This document shows positions 1 through 15,359 of a stretch of 64,000 nucleotides of DNA, in pieces. Under the pieces are notes generated by a model, which did not search any database, was not told the DNA's origin, and was given only the letters and a program-made list of their open reading frames with translations. The first letter of the stretch is position 1. The number at the start of each line of letters is the position of its first letter. This stretch comes from an uncultured delta proteobacterium (GTDB taxonomy: Bacteria > Myxococcota_A > Polyangia > Palsa-1104), in NCBI GenBank assembly GCA_963785725.1, contig CAWAWS010000005.1, positions 64,001 through 128,000 of the forward strand, given 5' to 3'. Position numbers and translations under genes: made by a program.

Positions 1-4
1 GGCC

Positions 5-823
5 ATGCTACGCGTCTTGACCAGCCTCGTGGGCTACAAGATCGCCGCCACCGACGGCGATATCGGCAAGGTCACCGACTTCTATTTCGACGACGAGCAT
101 TGGACGGTGCGCTATCTCGTCGCCGACACGGGCGGCTTCTGGAGCGGGCCACACTGCGTGCTCATTTCGCCCATCGCCTTTGGCAAGGTCGACTGGGCGA
201 GTCGGAGCTTCTGCGTCAATCTCGACCGCGAGAAGATCAAGAATAGCCCGCCGGTGGACCTCGATCGGCCCGTCGCAATGCAATACGAGGAGGATTACCA
301 CCGCTATTACGGCTTCGCTCCCTATTGGGGATATAGCGCCGCTTGGGGGATGCAGCCCTATCCGGGTATGCTGAGCGGCGTCGATTGGCCGGCGGATCGC
401 GAGCACCCGGCGAAGGTATCCGGCGACCCGCACCTGCGCAGCGCGGGGACGGTCAAGCGCTATCGCGTCGACGGCGACCACGAGCTCCTCGGCCACGTCA
501 CCGACTTCATCGTCGACGACGAGACCTGGGCCATCCGCTATCTGGTGGTCGACACGAGCAAATGGTGGCCGGGCAAGAAGGTCCTGGTCGCGCCTCACTG
601 GGCGCGCGAGATCAGTTGGCTCGACGAGACTGTCCATACCGACATTCCGCGCGGCCTGCTCAAAGACAGCCCCGAGTGGAACGCGAGCGGTCCCGTCAAT
701 CGCGAATATGAATCCCGCTTATATGACTATTATGGCCGCCCGGCTTATTGGACCCAATCGGATACGAAGCAAAGCGAGACCGCCCGCGATCGGAAGCTCG
801 ACGCCGACCACCCGCTACCGTAA
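5..823 (+). CDS. PRC-barrel domain protein (two tandem PRC barrels)
   Basis: Two repeats of G.IG.V.DF..DD..W.VRYLV.DT..W..G..VL..P, each followed by a Y/W-rich segment. Confidence 0.85.
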   Translation: MLRVLTSLVGYKIAATDGDIGKVTDFYFDDEHWTVRYLVADTGGFWSGPHCVLISPIAFGKVDWASRSFCVNLDREKIKNSPPVDLDRPVAMQYEEDYHRYYGFAPYWGYSAAWGMQPYPGMLSGVDWPADREHPAKVSGDPHLRSAGTVKRYRVDGDHELLGHVTDFIVDDETWAIRYLVVDTSKWWPGKKVLVAPHWAREISWLDETVHTDIPRGLLKDSPEWNASGPVNREYESRLYDYYGRPAYWTQSDTKQSETARDRKLDADHPLP

Positions 824-947
824 GCAGAAAACACTCGATTCTGCGTTCGCCAGAACCGCACGTCACCCGCGCGCGAAAGAAATGACTCGAGCTCAACATT
901 CACTATGATTTATCGACGGAATTACGGAATGAGGTGTACCTATAATC

Positions 948-1334
948 ATGGTCAATATCCTGATTGTCGACGATGACTCGGATCTGGCGGATACGCTCGG
1001 CGCTGTGCTGCAGAAGAAGGGCTACGCGGTGAAATGTACGCGCAGCGGCGAGGAAGGGCTGCGATCACTCAAGACGCCGCCGCTGCCCAACGTCGTCATT
1101 CTCGACGTCGAAATGCCCGTTCTCGACGGGCCTGGGGTCGCCCATCGCATGCTCCTGCACGACGCAGGGCAGGAGAAGATCCCTATCGTGCTCGTCTCCG
1201 GCCACGCCGATCTGCCGCAAATCGCGGCACGCATGGGAACGCCCTATTTCCTGCGCAAGCCATGCGGCATCCCGGACATTCTCGACGTCCTGAATCGCGC
1301 GCTCGAAGGACGGTTGGCGCCCGCCTCCGCTTGA
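948..1334 (+). CDS. Single-domain response regulator (REC)
   Basis: ILIVDDD, ILDVEMP (phospho-Asp), VSG, FLRKP; GAGGTG RBS upstream. Confidence 0.9.
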   Translation: MVNILIVDDDSDLADTLGAVLQKKGYAVKCTRSGEEGLRSLKTPPLPNVVILDVEMPVLDGPGVAHRMLLHDAGQEKIPIVLVSGHADLPQIAARMGTPYFLRKPCGIPDILDVLNRALEGRLAPASA

Positions 1335-1631
1335 CCGCTTCGTCATAGCCGCGTCCCGGCTCCGCGCGCGAGCAATCTGCGATGAATGGAGTCAACCAAT
1401 ACGACCTCATCACATACGAGAGTCGCTCGGGGCGACAAAATACGTTTGTTCCGCCGTTCGTCGGCCACCTCGTCGCGATACGGCTCGCTGTTGCAATGCG
1501 GCGCTCGCAACCTACGATACGCAGCGAGAACGGAGCTTCGTAGCTCGGCAGTAGCCGCGTCGCCCACGTCCGTACGACGAGCAGCGGACCATTCGCTATG
1601 TATCGATGTCCATCATCCGGAGGACTGAATC

Positions 1632-2618
1632 ATGCAAGCGATGGTGCTGAAGCAGCTCCGCGCAGCGCTCGAATGGACCGACCTCGCAGATCGTTTGCCG
1701 GGACCGGGTCAGATTCGTGTGAAGGTAACGGCCTGCGGCGTCTGTCGTACCGACCTTCACGTGGTGGACGGTGAGCTGCCCAATCCTTCGCTGCCCATCA
1801 TTCCCGGACACGAAATCGTCGGCCGAATCGACGCCATCGGCGACGGCGTCCAAGGCTTGCGAATGGGTGAGCGCGTCGGTATCCCCTGGCTTGGCCATAC
1901 CTGCGGCGTCTGTCCGTACTGCTTGGCAAACCGCGAGAACCTCTGCGACAGCCCGCTCTTCAACGGCTACACGCGCGACGGCGGCTTCGCCACGTCGGCG
2001 ATCAGCGACGCGCGCTACGCGTTCCCGCTCGGCGAGCTCGGCAGCGATGTGGCGCTTGCTCCGCTGCTCTGCGCTGGGCTCATCGGCTGGCGCTCCTTGG
2101 TCATCGCCGGCCCCGCCCGCCGATTGGGGCTCTACGGCTTCGGCGCCGCCGCTCACATCCTCACGCAAGTGGCCCGATCGCAGGACCGCTCGGTGTTTGC
2201 CTTCACTCGTCCCGGGGACGTTGCCGCGCAGACCTTCGCGCGAAAGCTCGGCGCCGAATGGGCGGGCGGATCCGATGAAATAGCGCCGCTGCCGCTCGAC
2301 GCCGCGATCATCTTCGCCACCGCCGGAGAGCTCGTGCCGATGGCGCTCAAAGCCGTGAAAAAGGGTGGCCGAGTCGTTTGCGCGGGTATCCACATGAGCG
2401 ACATTCCGAGCTTTCCTTACGAGCTGCTTTGGGAGGAGCGCCAACTATTGTCAGTCGCGAATTTGACTCGGCAAGATGGACTCGACTTCCTCGCCATGGC
2501 GCCGCGAATCGGTATCACGACGCAAACGACGCAGTATTCGCTCAAGGATGCCAATCGCGCGCTGGCGGACCTACGCGCCGGCCGCTTCGAGGGAGCCGCC
2601 GTCCTCGTGCCGCCGTAA
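1632..2618 (+). CDS. Zinc-dependent alcohol dehydrogenase family protein (AdhP-like)
   Basis: CGVCRTDLH, GHEIVG, structural Zn site CGVCPYC..ENLC, GLYGFG; GGAGG RBS. Confidence 0.92.
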   Translation: MQAMVLKQLRAALEWTDLADRLPGPGQIRVKVTACGVCRTDLHVVDGELPNPSLPIIPGHEIVGRIDAIGDGVQGLRMGERVGIPWLGHTCGVCPYCLANRENLCDSPLFNGYTRDGGFATSAISDARYAFPLGELGSDVALAPLLCAGLIGWRSLVIAGPARRLGLYGFGAAAHILTQVARSQDRSVFAFTRPGDVAAQTFARKLGAEWAGGSDEIAPLPLDAAIIFATAGELVPMALKAVKKGGRVVCAGIHMSDIPSFPYELLWEERQLLSVANLTRQDGLDFLAMAPRIGITTQTTQYSLKDANRALADLRAGRFEGAAVLVPP

Positions 2619-2752
2619 GCGCTGCCGCCACTCAGGCGCAACGAGCGCTCGAGCCCGACGCGTGCCACCGTCCGATCTACCGGGCCGAAACCTGTGTGCG
2701 GCCTGCCGTCGCAACTGGATTCTTGTTGGCCGACTCCGGCCGCCGCGCTCGG

Positions 2753-3142
2753 TCAACGCGCGGGCGCAGTCGGAGACGCGGGCGCGAAATACTGGCGAAC
2801 GAAGGCCGCCACTTGCCGATTCGTCGGATGATCGACGGTCTCGACGCCGGCGATGCCGAAGCTCAGCGTCGCGGCGTGCGCGGTCACGTAGTCGCGAAAA
2901 TGCAGCTTGGCATCCGCCGGTCCCAAGAGCAGCACGCTCTCCGAGCCGGCCAGCGACTGCGCCACCGCGGCGAAGAAACGCCCTTGATCGTCGGGATGAT
3001 GATGCGGCGACGCCTGCCCTCGCGGATGACGCAAGACATGCGTAGGCGCCCGCAGCGTGGACACCGTGAAGCTCTCGGGGTCAACGTGAAATACGTGGGC
3101 CTCTTGATGGTCGATCCAGAGGGCCGCTTGATGAAGCTGCAT
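2753..3142 (-). CDS. Small eRF1-domain-like 'translational machinery' protein
   Basis: AALWIDHQEAHVF...LLLGPADAK...GVETVDHPT.RQV.A pattern recalled for this family. Confidence 0.6.
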   Translation of the reverse strand: MQLHQAALWIDHQEAHVFHVDPESFTVSTLRAPTHVLRHPRGQASPHHHPDDQGRFFAAVAQSLAGSESVLLLGPADAKLHFRDYVTAHAATLSFGIAGVETVDHPTNRQVAAFVRQYFAPASPTAPAR

Positions 3143-3384
3143 GGGACACGCTCACTCTCTTGACAGGGTCGCCCGGAGTTGGGCGACAGACGCAGACAGC
3201 ACGCGCGAGGACACGGAAGCATGCATTCAGCCTCGAATCGTACAGTCGGCATCTGCCAATGTAGTCATTCCCCCGAAAGTGCAATGACCCAATTCGAATA
3301 ATCGTCTTGCTCGTGTAGACACGTCCTTGAAGGCGGAGACGCAGCGCTGGCCACCGTTCGAGCCGCGCGCTTCGGCTGTTCTAC

Positions 3385-3837
3385 TCATCGCGCGCCGGAA
3401 TGAATCGTGAGGACGGGAATGAGGCTGCGGCGCACGACCTGCTCGGCCACGCTTCCGAGCAGCAGATGCTTGAAGCCGCCGCGCCCGTGCGTGCCCAGAA
3501 TCACGAGGTCATAACGTCCCGAGTTGGCCAGGCCCACTGCCACATCGGCGGCCAAGCCGACGACCACTTCGCCGCTGAGCGCGGCCAAGTCGGCCTGTGC
3601 GAGCGCGACCAGCGCCGCGTCCATTCGCTTGTGTCCCTCCAACACTTCCGCTTCGATCGCGCGATCGACGATGCAAATCGCGTCGGGCGCCACGAAGGTC
3701 GGCGGCTCGGCGACGAAGAGCAAGCTCAAGGTCGCTTTGAAGCGCCGCGCCAAAATCACGGCATAGTCAGTCGCCGGCTGCGAACAGAGGGAGAAGTCGG
3801 TGGCGACGAGGATGCGGCGCGGCTCGGTCGGTTTCAT
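3385..3837 (-). CDS. Universal stress protein (USP)
   Basis: RILVATDFS and DLVILGTHGRGG..HLLLGSVAEQVVR; start taken at ATG 3837. Confidence 0.92.
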   Translation of the reverse strand: MKPTEPRRILVATDFSLCSQPATDYAVILARRFKATLSLLFVAEPPTFVAPDAICIVDRAIEAEVLEGHKRMDAALVALAQADLAALSGEVVVGLAADVAVGLANSGRYDLVILGTHGRGGFKHLLLGSVAEQVVRRSLIPVLTIHSGAR

Positions 3838-3849
3838 GATTGAACGCGA

Positions 3850-3865
3850 CGCAACATCCATTCCG
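3850..3865 (-). promoter_or_regulatory. Possible sigma54 promoter of the USP gene
   Basis: CGGAATG-GATG-TTGCG on the minus strand, correct GG-N10-GC spacing. Confidence 0.4.
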
Positions 3866-4475
3866 TGCCGGCTGGCCGAGCCGCCCGCGATCAACCCGCA
3901 ATCAGTGCGACACTCGATGGCGCCGGCTCGTTTCTTGCTGACTGCTGCATTCATGGAACATCACCGGAATCACGAAGGTCGCGAGCAGCACGTTCATCCC
4001 TCGAGCGGCATCGACACGGTGCGCGACGAGCTGGAGTCGCCGGCGGTCGCCAACGGCAGCGAGCACGCGCCCACTCTCAAGGCGACCGAGCGTGAGGACG
4101 AGCGCCATCGCATCGAGCGCGACCTCGGCCGCATCGCCGCCGGCACCATGGGGATGCAGCGCGCGACGCAGGACGCGTCCATCACGCGCGCGGACCTCCG
4201 AGAGGCCGGGCGAATCGCCGACGTGCTCGTCGGTAAGAGGCCGGCGCGCAAGCGGCCGCGCAAACGGCATATTCGCCATTAAAGACTGCCCGCGTATGGA
4301 TTAGCGTGTCTCGCACGTTTGATACTTCAACAGCCGCGACCGCTGGGACTCGCGTCCGTGGCCTCCGCCGGCCGAGCGCGCGGAATAAGTGACAACGAGC
4401 GCGCGGGCGTGAGCTTATGCCGCTTGATCGGAGAAAGTAGTCGCATACGGCCCGATTCTTGCGGACTCGGCGAGT

Positions 4476-4859
4476 ATGGCCGCGACCACCTCGACTCGAA
4501 TGGCTACGATCGCCAACGTATTCATTGACGCAACCTGCGAGCGCATGTGCTCGCAGACGCAGGAGGCGATGGAATGCCTCACGAGCGCGTCGTGGCTCGG
4601 CGTTCGCCAGAATCTCACATCACTGCGCGACGAAGCCGAGCGGGCCGCGCGAATCGAGCGCCATCTATTGCATCGCGCGTCGAGCGCCCAGCGACTGCAA
4701 GAGCAAGTGGGCGTGGCAGTGGCTGCGCTCGACGGCGAGTCGACGTTGCGCCTCGAAAAAGCGCTCACTCGGATCATGGAGCTAGTCAAAGGCCACCTGG
4801 GCAGAAGGCGGGCTCATCCGACGCGCGCGGGCGGGCGTACGCGTCATTCGCGGTCCTGA
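4476..4859 (+). CDS. Hypothetical helical protein
   Basis: ORF with GC3-rich codons and no recognisable motif. Confidence 0.35.
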   Translation: MAATTSTRMATIANVFIDATCERMCSQTQEAMECLTSASWLGVRQNLTSLRDEAERAARIERHLLHRASSAQRLQEQVGVAVAALDGESTLRLEKALTRIMELVKGHLGRRRAHPTRAGGRTRHSRS

Positions 4860-5007
4860 CCTCGCTCGAAGCGCCATTTACGGGCGGAATTGACGAGACG
4901 AGGCTACGGTACAGATCGAGGAATCGCGCGCTCGTTGGAGGGTAATTGCCCTGTGAAAGTTTTCGCCGCGGCTTACAACCCCGCGTAAGCAGCGGCGGTG
5001 AGGCACA

Positions 5008-5715
5008 GTGAAATCCTTGGACGTTCTGGTTGTCGACGATCACGAAGTATTCCGCGACGGTTTACGGACGGTGATCGAATCGCAGCCGAACGCCCGCATC
5101 GTGGCCGAGGCGTCTTCGGTGCGCGAGGCGACCGCGCTGCTCGACACGCTCGTGTTCGACCTCCTCATCCTCGATCTGACGATGCCGGGCGTCAACGGCA
5201 TCTCGCTCGTGCGCGAGATGCGCCGTCGCGGCTGCCGACAGCGCATCCTCGTCCTGACCATGCATGCCGACGCCGATATCGCCGCCGAGGCGTTCGCTTG
5301 CGGCGCCGCCGGCTTCGCACTGAAGTCCGATAGTCGCGCGACGCTGCTCGGGGCCATCGACCGCGTGATGCGCGGTGAGCGTTTCGTCGCGCCGACGCTG
5401 CCGATCGATCGGATCGATCGCTTCTTGTCGGCGCGGCCGAGCGCGTTCGACGCCTCGGGCGTGCTCGCCGTGCTGTCGGCGCGCGAACGCGAGGTCTACG
5501 ATCTGCTGGTGCGCGGCTACGAAAATGGCGGGATCGCGATCGAGCTGTCGATCTCGCGCCGCACGGTCGATACCCATCGCACGCATGTCTTCAATAAGCT
5601 GGGCGTGCATTCGATTGGCGAGCTGTTGCGCTTCGGCTTTCGCAAGCAGCTCGTGCGCGAGAGCGAAGGCGCCGTGGAGGCTCAGCCGCCACCTCCGCCC
5701 AAGCCGACGCGCTGA
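5008..5715 (+). CDS. NarL/FixJ-family response regulator (REC + LuxR HTH)
   Basis: VLVVDDH, LDLTMPG, and LSAREREV...IAIELSISRRTVDTHRTHVFNKLG. Confidence 0.92.
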   Translation: MKSLDVLVVDDHEVFRDGLRTVIESQPNARIVAEASSVREATALLDTLVFDLLILDLTMPGVNGISLVREMRRRGCRQRILVLTMHADADIAAEAFACGAAGFALKSDSRATLLGAIDRVMRGERFVAPTLPIDRIDRFLSARPSAFDASGVLAVLSAREREVYDLLVRGYENGGIAIELSISRRTVDTHRTHVFNKLGVHSIGELLRFGFRKQLVRESEGAVEAQPPPPPKPTR

Positions 5716-6060
5716 GACTCACGCGCGAATGTCGGCATTGTCAGGCCGCCGCCGCCGAATGAAATCGCAGCTTCATTCGCCGATTCGCTAAACGTCTGAT
5801 CCCGCACCGGCACAATCTTCTCTTGTTTCATGACGTTCTGCCGGGATGCAGGCTTAGCACGTCGCACTCAGCTGTTTAGCTGATGTACGGCCGACGCTTC
5901 TGCGTATGAACCACGGGAACCGTTACGACAGTCTAATCCCTAGATTTCGCCGAGGTGCGCAGATGCCGCAGGAGCGAGTGAACCAGCGGAGCTCCGCCGA
6001 GCGGCGGCGTCCGAGCATGGACAGGACGTCGATTACGGGCTCATCGGAGACTCTCGCGCC

Positions 6061-10367
<4,307 letters not shown>

Positions 10368-10375
<8 letters not shown>

Positions 10376-10706
10376 CGAGCGCCACAAAAGGGACGCCGCC
10401 CCGGCGCCGACCTTCGCCGCCCGGGTCGGCGCGAAAGCGACACGCAAGCTGAGCGCGCGCCGCAATCCCGCGCAAGGCGTGTGGTTTGGCCTCGGCATGA
10501 TGGGGCTCGTCGGCTGGTCGGTGACGATTCCCACGCTGCTCGGCGCGGCGCTGGGGAGCTGGCTCGACCGGCGGCACTCCGGCCCGCATCCGTGGACGCT
10601 GGCGCTGCTGATGGCCGGGCTCGTGATCGGCTGCTTCAACGCGTGGCATTGGGTCGCCAAAGAGGACAAGGCGATGCAAGACGAACGGCAGGAAGACCAT
10701 GAATGA
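10368..10706 (+). CDS. atpQ: N-ATPase AtpQ (AtpZ/AtpI family)
   Basis: Two TM segments, GLVGWSV..PTLLG...G.WLD; canonical N-ATPase position. Confidence 0.85.
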
Positions 10707-11013
10707 GGCAGTAACCATCGGGCTGGCCGGCGTGGCCGGCGGAATGCTGGGCCTCGTCTTCTTCGGCGGTCTGTGGTGGACCATTCGCAAGGGCGTCGCG
10801 GCCAAACAGCCGGCGCTCTGGTTCTTGGGCAGCCTATTCGTCCGAATGAGCGTCACCGTCGCCGGCTTCTATCTCGTCTCGGCGGGCAGCTGGAAGCGGC
10901 TGCTGTCATGCCTGCTCGGATTCGTCTTGGCCTGCGCGGCGGTGACCCGACTGACCCGCCGGTCGAGCGAGCCGGTGGCCGACCGCGCCGCCGCGAGCCA
11001 CCATGCGCCTTAG
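10699..11013 (+). CDS. atpR: N-ATPase AtpR membrane subunit
   Basis: FFGGLWWT...S.FVRM; three TM segments; canonical position. Confidence 0.82.
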   Translation: MNEAVTIGLAGVAGGMLGLVFFGGLWWTIRKGVAAKQPALWFLGSLFVRMSVTVAGFYLVSAGSWKRLLSCLLGFVLACAAVTRLTRRSSEPVADRAAASHHAP

Positions 11014-11728
11014 CTCCGACACGCTGATCTTCTGGCAGCACGGCTTTGTCAAGCTCAACGGCACCATCGTGTTCACGTGGGGACTGATGCTGCTCCTGAC
11101 CGTCGGCTCGTGGCTCACCACCCGCAAGCTCTCGCTCGACCTGAAGCGCGCCCGCTGGCAAAACGTCCTCGAGATCATCGTCACGACGATCGACCAACAG
11201 ATCGCCGAAGTCGGGCTCCGCAATCCCGAGAAGTATCTCGGCTTCTTGGGCACGCTCTTTCTATTCGTCGCCGTGGCCAACCTGTGCACCGTCATTCCCG
11301 GCTATCAGCCGCCGACGGGCTCCCTGTCGACGACGGCGGCGCTGGCGCTGTGCGTCTTGGTCGCCGTCCCCGTCTTCGGAATCGCCGAGCAGGGATTGGG
11401 CGGCTATCTCGAGTCCTATCTCGAGCCGACCTTCATCATGCTGCCCTTCAATATCATCAGCGAGATCTCGCGGACGCTGGCGCTCGCCATTCGCCTCTTC
11501 GGCAACATGATGAGCGGCGCCATGATCGTCGCCATTCTGCTCACGATCACGCCCTTCATCTTTCCCGTCGTCATGACGGCGCTCGGCCTTTTGACCGGCA
11601 TGGTCCAGGCCTACATCTTCAGCATTCTGGCCGCGGTCTATATCGCGGCCGCCACGCGTAAGCACAAGCGGGCGGTCGGCGCAGGCTCGAGCATTCAACG
11701 AACCAACGAGAGGTCGCAGCATGGATAG
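11003..11728 (+). CDS. atpB: ATP synthase Fo subunit a
   Basis: PPTGSLST, SRTLALAIRLFGNM (essential Arg), VQAYIF. Confidence 0.94.
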   Translation: MRLSSDTLIFWQHGFVKLNGTIVFTWGLMLLLTVGSWLTTRKLSLDLKRARWQNVLEIIVTTIDQQIAEVGLRNPEKYLGFLGTLFLFVAVANLCTVIPGYQPPTGSLSTTAALALCVLVAVPVFGIAEQGLGGYLESYLEPTFIMLPFNIISEISRTLALAIRLFGNMMSGAMIVAILLTITPFIFPVVMTALGLLTGMVQAYIFSILAAVYIAAATRKHKRAVGAGSSIQRTNERSQHG

Positions 11729-12002
11729 CTCGACGGTCATTGCGGTGGCGTCCATTGTCGTCGCCGGCATCACCACCGGATTCGGCACGATGGGCCCGGC
11801 GCTGGCGGAAGGCAGAGCGGTCGCGACCGCGGTCAGCTCGCTGGCGCAGCAGCCCGACGCCTCGGCGACCATCACCCGAACCCTGTTCGTCGGCTTGGCG
11901 ATGATCGAATCGACGGCCATCTACTGCTTCGTGGTCTCGATGATCCTCATTTTCGCCAATCCATTCTGGAATCACGCCATCGCCCATGCAGCGACGAAGT
12001 AA
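11721..12002 (+). CDS. atpE: ATP synthase Fo subunit c with Na+-type motif
   Basis: GPALAEG, QQPDA loop, IESTAIY. Confidence 0.95.
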   Translation: MDSSTVIAVASIVVAGITTGFGTMGPALAEGRAVATAVSSLAQQPDASATITRTLFVGLAMIESTAIYCFVVSMILIFANPFWNHAIAHAATK

Positions 12003-12004
12003 CC

Positions 12005-12839
12005 ATGCTCATCGACTGGTTCACCGTCGGAGCGCAGGCGCTCAACTTCGTCATCCTCGTCTGGCTGATGAAGCATTTTCTATATAAGCCCATCCTCCGC
12101 GCCGTCGACGCGCGCGAGCAACGGATCGCCAAGGAGCTCGCCGACGCCGACGCCGCGCAGCGCGAGGCCCATCAGGCGCGTGACGAGCTCCAGCAGAAGA
12201 ACGAGGCCTTCGACCGCCAGCGCGCCGACTTGCTCGGGCGCGCGACCGACGCGGCCCAAGCTGGAGCGCGATCGGCTCTTCGAAGCGGCGCGGCAAGCGG
12301 CCGAGACCGCCGGCGCCAAGCGACGCGAGACGCTGAAGAACGACGCGCACTCGCTGGAACAGCTGATCCGCCTCAAGACCCAGACGGAAGTATTCGCCAT
12401 CGCCCGACGGGCGCTGACGGACCTCGCCGCCGTCAGCCTGGAAGAGCGACTGGTGGCCGTGTTCAATCGCCGGCTCGGGGAGATGGACGACCGGGCAAAG
12501 ACCATCCTCATCGAAGCGCTCACGAAGACCACCGAGCCGGCGCTGGTGCGCTCCGCGTTCGACTTACCGCCCGAGCAGCGCGCCGCCATTCACGAGACCC
12601 TCAAGAGTCGCTTGGCGGTCGAGGTCCAGCTCCGCTTCGAGACTGCGCCCAGCCTGATCGGAGGGATCGAGCTGAGCAAGAATGGCCAGAAGATCGCCTG
12701 GAGCATCCAGGACTATCTGGCGTCGCTGGAGAGCGAGATGGGCGACCTCTTGAACCCACCGGCGCAGCCGGCGCCGAGGCCCGAGAACGCGACAGAGCAG
12801 TCGAGCGCCGCGAGCAGGTCCAATGGACACTTCGTCTAG
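12005..12839 (+). CDS. atpF: N-ATPase extended b subunit, frameshifted near 12262
   Basis: [13 protein letters not shown]...FLYKPIL in one frame continues as [10 protein letters not shown]...LIGGIEL...KIAWSI in another; removing one G joins them. Confidence 0.88.
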
Positions 12840-14466
12840 CGAGCTGCACAGCGTCTTCGACCGCGCGTTCGCCGAGATCGCCGCAGCGCGAGAGGCGTTC
12901 ACGCCGCGACTGGCGCCGCGGGAAGTCGGCACGATCAAGACGGTCTCCACGGGTATCGCGAAGGTCGCCGGTCTGCCCGGCGTGGGCTTCGAAGAGCTGC
13001 TCGAGTTTCCCGGCGACGTGTTCGGCATCGCGTTCAATCTGGACGTGGATGAGGTCGGCGTCATCTTGCTCGGCGAATACTCGCAGCTGCACGCCGGCGA
13101 CGAGGTCAAACGCACCGGCCGGGTCATGGACGTGGCCGTGGGCGAGCAACTGCTCGGGCGGGTCATCGACCCGCTCGGCCGGCCGCTCGACGGCAAGCCG
13201 CCGATCGTCGCCGCCGCGCGCTTGCCCATCGAGCGCCCGGCCGCGCCCATCATGGATCGCGCGCCCGTCAATATTCCGCTGCAAACCGGCCTCAAGGTCG
13301 TCGACGCGCTCGTCCCCATCGGCCGCGGCCAGCGTGAATTGATCCTCGGAGATCGCCAGACCGGCAAGACGGCGATCGCCATCGACACGATCGTGAACCA
13401 ACGCGGCAAGGATGTCCTGTGCGTCTATTGTGCGATCGGTCAGCGCGCCTCCGCCGTCGCCAAGGTGATCGCGAATCTGCGGGACGCGGGAGCGATGGAT
13501 TACACCGTCGTCGTCGTGGCCGAGGGCAATGAAGCGCCCGGCCTCGCCTACATCACGCCCTACGCCGCGACCAGCATCGCCGAGCACTTCATGGAGATGG
13601 GCCGCGACGTCCTCATCGTCTACGACGATCTCACGCAGCACGCCCGCGCCTATCGGGAGCTGTCGCTGCTGCTGCGCCGCCCGCCCGGTCGCGAGGCCTT
13701 TCCCGGCGACATCTTCTACATTCACTCGCGCCTGCTCGAGCGATCGACCCATCTGCGGTCGGAGCGCGGCGGCGGCTCGCTCACCGCCCTGCCCATCATC
13801 GAGACCGAAGCGCAGGATATCTCCGCCTATATCCCGACCAACCTGATCTCGATTACGGACGGGCAGATCTATCTGTCGCCGTCGCTGTTCGAGCTGGGCG
13901 TGCTGCCGGCAGTCGATGTCGGCAAATCGGTCTCGCGCGTCGGCGGCAAGGCGCAGCGCGCCGCCTACCGCGCGGTCACCGGCGACCTCAAGCTCGCCTA
14001 CGCGCAGTTCGAAGAGCTGGAGGCCTTCGCGCGGTTCGGTGCCCGCCTCGACGAGAACACGCGCAAGATCATCGAGCACGGACGGCGCATCCGCGCCTGC
14101 CTCAAGCAGGCCGAGCTCGTCTCGATCTCGATGCCGGTCCAGATTGCGATCCTGTTGGCGTTGACGGAGAAGCTCTTCGACGCAGTGCCGCTCGATCGGA
14201 TGGTCGACGCCGAGGAGGCCGTGCGGGCGGCAGCGTTGACCACTTCCGCGGCCATCTGCGGGCGATTCGAGAGCGCCGCCCAATTGAATGACGCTGATCG
14301 TCAGGCGATCGTGGAGCTCGCGCGCCTGGCGCTCGTGCCCTTTCATACCCGTGCGGAAGGTCAGTCTGAAAAGGAGGCAGCGTCCACGCGCGCAGCGGTC
14401 TCCACCGCCACCGCGCAAGCCGACGTCGCGCCGAAGCCCGCGTCTCCGTCGACTGGAAAGTCATGA
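12823..14466 (+). CDS. atpA: ATP synthase alpha subunit
   Basis: [35 protein letters not shown]. Confidence 0.96.
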   Translation: MDTSSSELHSVFDRAFAEIAAAREAFTPRLAPREVGTIKTVSTGIAKVAGLPGVGFEELLEFPGDVFGIAFNLDVDEVGVILLGEYSQLHAGDEVKRTGRVMDVAVGEQLLGRVIDPLGRPLDGKPPIVAAARLPIERPAAPIMDRAPVNIPLQTGLKVVDALVPIGRGQRELILGDRQTGKTAIAIDTIVNQRGKDVLCVYCAIGQRASAVAKVIANLRDAGAMDYTVVVVAEGNEAPGLAYITPYAATSIAEHFMEMGRDVLIVYDDLTQHARAYRELSLLLRRPPGREAFPGDIFYIHSRLLERSTHLRSERGGGSLTALPIIETEAQDISAYIPTNLISITDGQIYLSPSLFELGVLPAVDVGKSVSRVGGKAQRAAYRAVTGDLKLAYAQFEELEAFARFGARLDENTRKIIEHGRRIRACLKQAELVSISMPVQIAILLALTEKLFDAVPLDRMVDAEEAVRAAALTTSAAICGRFESAAQLNDADRQAIVELARLALVPFHTRAEGQSEKEAASTRAAVSTATAQADVAPKPASPSTGKS

Positions 14467-15359
14467 GTGACACGACGGCGAGCCTGCGTCGGAAGATCAA
14501 CAGCGCCGGCGAGCTCCAGTCGGTCGTCAGGACGATGAAGGCGCTGGCCGCTTCCAGCATCGGACAATATGAACAGTCGGTGCGCGCCGTGGCCGACTAC
14601 CATCGAGCCGTGGAGCTGGGCTTGGGCGCCTGCTTCCGCGCCACGGCGCCGGCGCGCTCGACAGCCGAGCCGCGGCCGCGAGCCGAGGCAGGCCCGATCG
14701 GCGCCGTCGTCTTCGGCTCCGATCAGGGCCTGGTCGGGCAGTTCAATGAGGTCGTGACAGATTATGCCGTCGGAAAGCTCGCGGAGCTGCCTGGCGGCCC
14801 GCTGGTCTGGGCCGTCGGCGAACGGGTCCACGCGCGCCTGACCGATGCGGGCATCCCAGTGATGGCGCTCTTTAGCCTGCCCAGCTCAGCCGAAGCGATC
14901 ACGCCACTCGTGGGACGAATTCAAGTCGAGACCGAATCGCGTCTCGCCGAAGGGAAGCAAACCTGTCTCTATGTCTTTCATAATCGGCCGCAGTCCGGCG
15001 CGCTGTACGAGCCGGTCAGTCAGCGTCTGCTGCCGATCGACGCCCAATGGCAGCGCGACGCAGCGCGAGCGCCTTGGCCGACCGGCAACTTGCCCGAGGT
15101 CGTCGGCGGCGGCGCGACTACGCTGCAAATGCTCATCCGTGAATACTTGTTCATCTCGCTCTTTCGGGCCTGCGCGGAGTCTCTGGCGAGCGAGAACGCC
15201 AGCCGCCTGGCGGCGATGCAGCGCGCCGACAAAAACATAGACGAGCTGATCGAGAGCCTCAGCGGCGCATTTCATGGCCTGCGGCAGAGCAGCATCGACG
15301 AAGAGCTGTTCGATGTCATCTCGGGTTTCGAAGCGCTGGGCAAGAACGAGCTCGCCTGA
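14463..15359 (+). CDS. atpG: ATP synthase gamma subunit
   Basis: [41 protein letters not shown]. Confidence 0.94.
   Translation: MSDTTASLRRKINSAGELQSVVRTMKALAASSIGQYEQSVRAVADYHRAVELGLGACFRATAPARSTAEPRPRAEAGPIGAVVFGSDQGLVGQFNEVVTDYAVGKLAELPGGPLVWAVGERVHARLTDAGIPVMALFSLPSSAEAITPLVGRIQVETESRLAEGKQTCLYVFHNRPQSGALYEPVSQRLLPIDAQWQRDAARAPWPTGNLPEVVGGGATTLQMLIREYLFISLFRACAESLASENASRLAAMQRADKNIDELIESLSGAFHGLRQSSIDEELFDVISGFEALGKNELA

Noticed and set aside
3240..5960. Possible shared NarL-type boxes (CTAGATTTCGCCGA, CTACTTTCTCCGA, GTAGTCATTCCCCCGA)
   Set aside because: Too degenerate and variably spaced to support by eye.
12005..13342. 445-aa AtpF fusion or programmed frameshift
   Set aside because: The sequence after ~12262 is out-of-frame, low-complexity translation; there is no slippery site, and a single indel explains it.
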